Of a stretch of 64,000 bases of DNA, positions 59,076 through 64,000 are shown one piece after another; position 1 is the first letter of the stretch, and each line of letters begins with the position of its first letter. The stretch spans positions 45,521-109,520 of IMG/VR virus record IMGVR_UViG_2630968879_000020; one strand, given 5' to 3'. Position numbers and translations under genes: made by a program. The DNA is from a virus (lineage: Duplodnaviria > Caudoviricetes). The notes beneath the pieces are model-generated. The model did not search any database. It was not told the origin of the DNA and was given only the letters and a program-made list of their open reading frames with translations.

Positions 59076-59554
59076 GCACCCCTGAAATATTAACGGCTGA
59101 ACATAATGTAAATGGTTTTTATTGCCAGCATGAAACATTAAACGAATGGCTTTCTCGCCGAGCGTTAAAAAATAATAAGCTGGGCGCGAGCCGCACATTT
59201 GTTATTTGCAAGGAAGATACAAAAGACGTTATCGGTTATTATTGTTTAAGTGCTGGCTCAATTAATCATATTGAATCTACACCATCACTTAAACGCAATA
59301 TGCCAGATCCTATCCCTGTGGTGCTTCTCGGTCGTTTGGCTATCGATGTGGAATATCAGGGGAAGAAGCTTGGTGCATTGCTTCTTCAGGATGTTTGGAA
59401 ACGTGTCGCTAGCACAGCAGAGCATGTGGGCATTTCAGCTATAATCGTCCACGCACTTGATGAGAGCGCACGTACATTTTATATGCGTCTTGGCTTCGCA
59501 CAGTCACCGTTGGAGCCATACACGCTGATGCTCCCATTAAGCAAACAGAAGTAA
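59066..59554 (+). CDS. GNAT toxin (TacT-like)
   Basis: MPDPIPVVLLGRLAID..QGKKLG..VHALD. Confidence 0.92.
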   Translation: MGISTPEILTAEHNVNGFYCQHETLNEWLSRRALKNNKLGASRTFVICKEDTKDVIGYYCLSAGSINHIESTPSLKRNMPDPIPVVLLGRLAIDVEYQGKKLGALLLQDVWKRVASTAEHVGISAIIVHALDESARTFYMRLGFAQSPLEPYTLMLPLSKQK

Positions 59555-59796
59555 CTATTTATGCAGCTACATAAACAGGTCTAAGTGAGTGTCTGGAATT
59601 CGACCGGCGCTGTTTGAATCAAAGCTGGTGGCATCGCGCCCGAACTGGGTATTTAACTGATCACGAATTTTGGTTTTTGCATCTGAAATAATGACGCTTT
59701 TGATAGCAACCCCTATGTTGTTGTGAATGAATACCCGCTTCTCATCCGTGAGTAACGGGTATTCGACTACTTTGTTAATCCGTTAACGTAATTTTA

Positions 59797-60057
59797 TTAA
59801 CCCTTTTTAAAGCCGGGCTTACCATTTTTGGCTCGCCATTCTTTAACTGTTTTCAAAATGCCTGCCGGAGAGTCATCCTCACCATCATTAGGATGATAGA
59901 TCAGGCCATTCCCACGAGGATGCTCCGATAATTTAACGAAATGTCTAACCCATGATTTGTGTTCTTCCTCACTGGAAGCCTCTACATTACAAATCACCTG
60001 TAACAACTTTAAAAACTCAGCTTCGGTGTAATCACTGATACTGTTTTTCTGTTCCAT
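59797..60057 (-). CDS. Orphan colicin DNase immunity protein
   Basis: [35 protein letters not shown]. Confidence 0.92.
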   Translation of the reverse strand: MEQKNSISDYTEAEFLKLLQVICNVEASSEEEHKSWVRHFVKLSEHPRGNGLIYHPNDGEDDSPAGILKTVKEWRAKNGKPGFKKG

Positions 60058-60059
60058 GT

Positions 60060-60236
60060 TTATTTTCCTCTGTGAATATCAATATGGCGCTTAGGCGTTG
60101 TAACGCGAATATTATCAATATCATAAACACCACCACCTTCACTGATTGGCTTAACGTGATGAAGTTCAAATGTTTCTCGTCCACCGACTTGTTCTTCTGG
60201 AATAGGGTAAGGCGCATAGCCTTTCTCTAATTCACC
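60060..60236 (-). pseudogene. C-terminal fragment of a second HNH colicin
   Basis: [57 protein letters not shown]-stop. Confidence 0.88.
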
Positions 60237-60239
60237 GGC

Positions 60240-60559
60240 ATCCGATTTTGTGATTGCGGATAAAGGTTACGATAGCAGTGCTTTCAGCGAGTTCGTTGAA
60301 AAACAAGGTTCGACAACGGTCATTCCTTATCGGAAAAATAGCCGAAAATCTGATAAAAGTATTGATGATGTTTTATATCGTTATCGACATTTGGTCGAAA
60401 ATGCGTTTGCCCGAATAAAACATTTTCGAGCTATTGCAACAAGATACGATAAATTAGCAAGAAATTACGCCAGTATGTTAGCACTGGCATTTGTCATTAT
60501 ATGGCTGCCAATGTGGGCAGAATAAATAATGATGAACACAAAACGTCAACAGCCCCTAG
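60240..60559 (+). mobile_element. IS5-family transposase 3' remnant
   Basis: [34 protein letters not shown]; terminal CGTCAACAGCCCTAG. Confidence 0.85.
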
Positions 60560-60701
60560 CATCAAATTAGCCCTTAGTCAGTTACGTGATGAACTAGACA
60601 TGTCACAAGCGGAACTGGCTGCCATTATAGGTGTTCAACAACCTTCTATTGCTCGAATGGAAAATGCTGATCATGATCCATTACTTTCGACGCTCAAGTA
60701 G
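60560..60701 (+). pseudogene. XRE-HTH antitoxin-like fragment
   Basis: LSQLRDELDMSQAELAAIIGVQQPSIARMEN. Confidence 0.65.
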
Positions 60702-60810
60702 CTACATATAGTGGTCATTCATTTATAGTGCGTAGTACCATCTATTTAATAACAGAAAAAACCCGCACATAAGGCGGGATTTTCTAATTTTGCAAAGAGG
60801 ATATTTTGAG

Positions 60811-61218
60811 TTACGAGTGTTTCGCTAGTTCACGCCTAGCTAATTCGGCAAAGAATCCGCTACGGCTGTGGTATTCACGATGTGAGTTTACATAGTCATC
60901 AATTCTTACCAACAGAAATTGTGGTAGTGTGATGTTTAATTTAGTCGTTTTACCTTCGTATTTAGTTAGATCTATATCGACATAAGCCCAGATTCCACCT
61001 TGACAATCGTCATCATTCAGGTGCTCAGCTACAGTTTTTGCCTCTACAGGGGTGTTACCATTCTCACTCATATATTCAAAGTAAGTATCTAAAGCATTTG
61101 TAGCATCAGAAATTGCATCGTCTATAGTATCACCAGCGAAGTAACAACCAATTACGTCTGGAACGAAGCCGGAAAATGAACCGTCATCAGCCTGATGTAA
61201 ATATATTGGGTATCTCAT
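60811..61218 (-). CDS. hicB: HicB antitoxin
   Basis: VPDVIGCYFAGDT; KLNITLP..SRSGF RHH. Confidence 0.92.
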   Translation of the reverse strand: MRYPIYLHQADDGSFSGFVPDVIGCYFAGDTIDDAISDATNALDTYFEYMSENGNTPVEAKTVAEHLNDDDCQGGIWAYVDIDLTKYEGKTTKLNITLPQFLLVRIDDYVNSHREYHSRSGFFAELARRELAKHS

Positions 61219-61274
61219 AGTTACCTCATTTTAAGTCAGGATAAGCGACCATAAACGGCCGCTTAACTTCATTG

Positions 61275-61456
61275 TTATTTCAGTTTTGCTTGTTTTAGTA
61301 ATTTGTTTAGCGTTCCTACCGCAATATCTTTACGCGGTGAGGAATTACTAACGGCAAGGGTTCTCCTGATTTCTCGAAAACATGGTGAGATCCATTGATC
61401 CTAACTAATGTCCAGCCGTTCGCTTTAATTTTCTTAATTAAATCATCGCTACTCAT
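61275..61456 (-). pseudogene. hicA: HicA toxin with a 1-bp deletion
   Basis: MSSDDLIKKIKANGWTLVRINGSHHVF..IPH, then RKDIAVGTLNKLLKQAKLK in another frame; 182 nt. Confidence 0.85.
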
Positions 61457-61627
61457 TTTTCTCCTCATTTGCAAAAATCAGAGTAATTTTACTTCATTTA
61501 ATACCCACAGTCAATACCAATACCCACTATCAACACCTCCTGATAATTATTAAGGAAATACACCACCCAACATCACAGTAATGAGCAATGTAGTGCAAAA
61601 ACTATGGACGTTATTTATAAGAAACAT

Positions 61628-61667
61628 GACTACTATAAAGAGTGATTTACTTCTTCCTATAGTGGTC
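61628..61667. promoter_or_regulatory. Inverted pair of iteron-like GACYACTAT motifs
   Basis: GACTACTATAAAGAGT ... ACTTCTTCCTATAGTGGTC; a similar pair at 62599..62635, single copies near 60708 and 63725. Confidence 0.6.
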
Positions 61668-61921
61668 TAGTGAATACTATAAGAGAACACAAAAAGTTAC
61701 GCCGTCACTATTAATTGAATTGGTATCCTTACAGAAGGAATTTAGCAGACTGCTTTAATGCATTTCTTCACAAATAAATTTACCAACTGATTGTTAAATT
61801 TATTATAAAAACTAAAGCACGTAGCATAAAAATACAGTATATATATTATACTCACTTACCTGTGAGCCTCTTGCACATTAAAGTCCATTACTAGGTAGAA
61901 TCATATAATTAGGAGGTTACG

Positions 61922-62560
61922 TTGGTATTTTGTACAGCTTGTGGAAAGGAAATCGCGGAAAATGATAATTTTTGCTCAACATGCGGTAAAACGAGAGGAA
62001 GCACCTCTATCGTCTTTGGTGATAATAGTTTTAATGCCCTTAACTCCGAGATAAAAGATAATGTTATCCATGTAGGTGACAGTTATACAAATTCGAATAA
62101 CATCGACCCTTCTACTCTAAATATCCAGCGTTCTTTCGTAAAACTTCCTTGGTCAAAAGAAGGTAAACTGGCAAAACGTTCAACTTTTTTAAAGCTAGGT
62201 ACTTGGGGAAGTCTTGCTAGTATAGCTGGAATTTTCTTACCATTCCTTACAGGAAACTACTATTTACACTCAATCGCGCTCATAGCTTTAGTATTCTCTC
62301 TACCTATTTTGCTTATGGGGTTACTCATTAACCGAGTTAAGTTCCAACATCTTCTCGGTCTGCAAAATCTGGAAATTGGTTTAAAAGAAAACATTTACTT
62401 AACTAAAATAACTTGTGATTGCCCGTGGTGTAGATCTGAAATGAAACTGCGTATGATAGGCTCTAAAGAACATCGACAGCATCTGCTAATATGCGCTAGA
62501 AATCCATCGCAGCATAGAATTATCTTCGACCCTACTGTTTTGCCAAATATAGAAGAATAA
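61922..62560 (+). CDS. Zinc-ribbon, two-TM membrane protein
   Basis: FCTACG..FCSTCG, two TM helices, CDCPWC..C; RBS GGAGG, TTG start. Confidence 0.75.
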   Translation: MVFCTACGKEIAENDNFCSTCGKTRGSTSIVFGDNSFNALNSEIKDNVIHVGDSYTNSNNIDPSTLNIQRSFVKLPWSKEGKLAKRSTFLKLGTWGSLASIAGIFLPFLTGNYYLHSIALIALVFSLPILLMGLLINRVKFQHLLGLQNLEIGLKENIYLTKITCDCPWCRSEMKLRMIGSKEHRQHLLICARNPSQHRIIFDPTVLPNIEE

Positions 62561-62598
62561 TTCTAATACCCTAATCCAAACCCAAGTAACATAAAAAA

Positions 62599-62635
62599 GA
62601 CCACTATGAAGAGTTAACTTCTCACTATAGTGGTC
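62599..62635. promoter_or_regulatory. Inverted pair of iteron-like motifs downstream of rep
   Basis: GACCACTATGAAGAGT ... ACTTCTCACTATAGTGGTC. Confidence 0.6.
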
Positions 62636-62673
62636 GTTAGATGTTTACTTTCTATAACGTCTTAATCCAGATA

Positions 62674-63687
62674 TTACTTTGATTTTCTTATTTTTTCTAG
62701 TAACTCCAACTCTTCCCTAGTCAATTCGGCAAGGATAGTATCATCACTTCCTTTAGAGGCTTTACTATCTTTAGTGGTCTTTCGTTTCCTAACTGTCTTG
62801 ATAGTTTTGGTTTTTTTTAGTTTAGGTGTTCGCTCGTGGATCATAAAGTAAACGGAATTGCCCTTTTTGGTTTCAGTAAAATCCAAGTAACCTATTTCAC
62901 GCAGTTGCTCCATACCTCGGCGGACAGTGGCATTTTGAGTGTTAACACGAGACTTCAAATTTAACCGTGCTCTAAGCCTTGCCATTGAGACAGGAGCAGG
63001 ATTCGGAGGAAGACTTTCAATGAAAGTATAAAGTGCCTGTGCGCTCTCTTTACGAGATAATTCATTGATAGCTCTGAGTTGCAAGAGAACCTTGTGATCG
63101 AATTGGTACAATTCAAAAATTTTTGGATCAGCCTGCAACGTAACTGTATCTTTCTCCATGTCGTAATAGGCTGATTGAACAAGATGGGTATGGTACGCCT
63201 TTGTGTCATTGGTAAACGAAAGTGTTGTTGAGACAATGCGCCGCAAAGATTCATCGAGTCGTTCACGTAACCGTTTTGAAGAACGGGACGATGGAATACC
63301 ACACAACTTGATAAAATCAACAAACTTTAACGTAACCTTGTCACCAATGACTTTGTGCTTGGCAAAAGAATGGATCACGCCTACCCACGTCTTGAAATCA
63401 TTATCCATATCAAGACGTTCTCCAGTTATCTTAATATTCGTATAACCCTCAGATTTGGCAAGCGATAACTGTTTCAATTCATCGGTTGCATCCATTGAAG
63501 TCATTAGATTACGTTTACTGCGATTAGTCGATTTAAGGGTTGGTACAAACAATCCGAGACGCATCAAAGCCACTGGCTGAACTGTATTGTTCGTGTTCGG
63601 CATTAATGTGACTAATCCGCCTGTTTCTTTTCGTACCTCTGAAAAGGCTTGAATCAATCCCCCGTTAATTAAGGTATTTTCAGGCAA
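62674..63687 (-). CDS. repB: RepFIB/P1 RepA-family plasmid replication initiator
   Basis: [45 protein letters not shown]. Confidence 0.92.
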   Translation of the reverse strand: MPENTLINGGLIQAFSEVRKETGGLVTLMPNTNNTVQPVALMRLGLFVPTLKSTNRSKRNLMTSMDATDELKQLSLAKSEGYTNIKITGERLDMDNDFKTWVGVIHSFAKHKVIGDKVTLKFVDFIKLCGIPSSRSSKRLRERLDESLRRIVSTTLSFTNDTKAYHTHLVQSAYYDMEKDTVTLQADPKIFELYQFDHKVLLQLRAINELSRKESAQALYTFIESLPPNPAPVSMARLRARLNLKSRVNTQNATVRRGMEQLREIGYLDFTETKKGNSVYFMIHERTPKLKKTKTIKTVRKRKTTKDSKASKGSDDTILAELTREELELLEKIRKSK

Positions 63688-63844
63688 AACAGTTCCCCTT
63701 CAATTGAATTGATTAGACTCGTTTACTCATCATAGTAGTCTATTATTAACGCGATGCTCGACTTTTATGATGAGTTGAAATGACATAGCCGCTCCTTTAT
63801 AACTTTAAGTCGTCAAAAATAGAGAAATAAAGGAACAAAAGGCT

Positions 63845-64000
63845 ATGTCACAACAAGATTTTATCATTTGGGTGTTTTGTTGGGTAGATGACAATTTAAC
63901 GCAGTTACAGCAAGGCACACGATTCAGAAGCCGAGGGCTTCCACCTAAATTGAGTGATGCGGAAGTCATCACGATGGAAGTGATTGGTGAATTCTTAGGA
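63845..64000 (+). mobile_element. IS982-family transposase, 5' part (runs off the window)
   Basis: FIIWVFCWVDD..RG..PKLSDAEVITMEVIGEFLG. Confidence 0.8.

Noticed and set aside
60032-60217. 61-aa ORF in the supplied track
   Set aside because: Wrong frame; another frame on the same strand encodes the colicin HNH fragment
63760-63775. Extra iteron GACTTTTATGATGAGT
   Set aside because: Core mismatched and probably inside the IS982 left end

Overview
A 64-kb segment of an SSU5/pHCM2/pMT1-like siphoviral phage-plasmid, identified by gene content and order. Accessory DNA (Rpn, Ner with a C4-like RNA, IS982/IS630/IS1, YTKGESD-type tail fibre) suggests a Xenorhabdus/Photorhabdus-like host; this is inference. 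1-24 kb: head-tail joining genes, lambda-like tail (MTP, chaperones, TMP, M-L-K-I-J), a long modular tail fibre, a Cor-like cluster and lysis genes. 24-32 kb: ParA partition, two GNAT-like orphans, an Hfq/Sm-like gene abutting DnaB, and primase. 32-42 kb: accessory island with a displaced gp38-like adhesin, BrnTA, Rpn with an internal start, C4-like RNA/Ner, HigBA, an SOS-box-controlled HNH colicin plus immunity, IS1 and a GNAT TA. 42-56 kb: tyrosine recombinase preceded by a perfect 13-7-13 lox-like palindrome, repressor, CobT/CobS-like pair, DnaE with a UDG-like C-terminus, UvsY, SSB, 5'-3' exonuclease and RecA. 56-64 kb: HipBA, a second GNAT TA, orphan colicin tip plus immunity, HicAB, a zinc-ribbon membrane protein, RepFIB-type initiator with iteron-like motifs and IS982. 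Main unexplained signals: the lox-like site, about 13 copies of an 18-bp palindromic operator in front of core genes, the Hfq-like gene, the uncoupled adhesin, and a dispersed 30-40 bp repeat bracketing accessory cassettes. All calls come from motif reading, not database searches.
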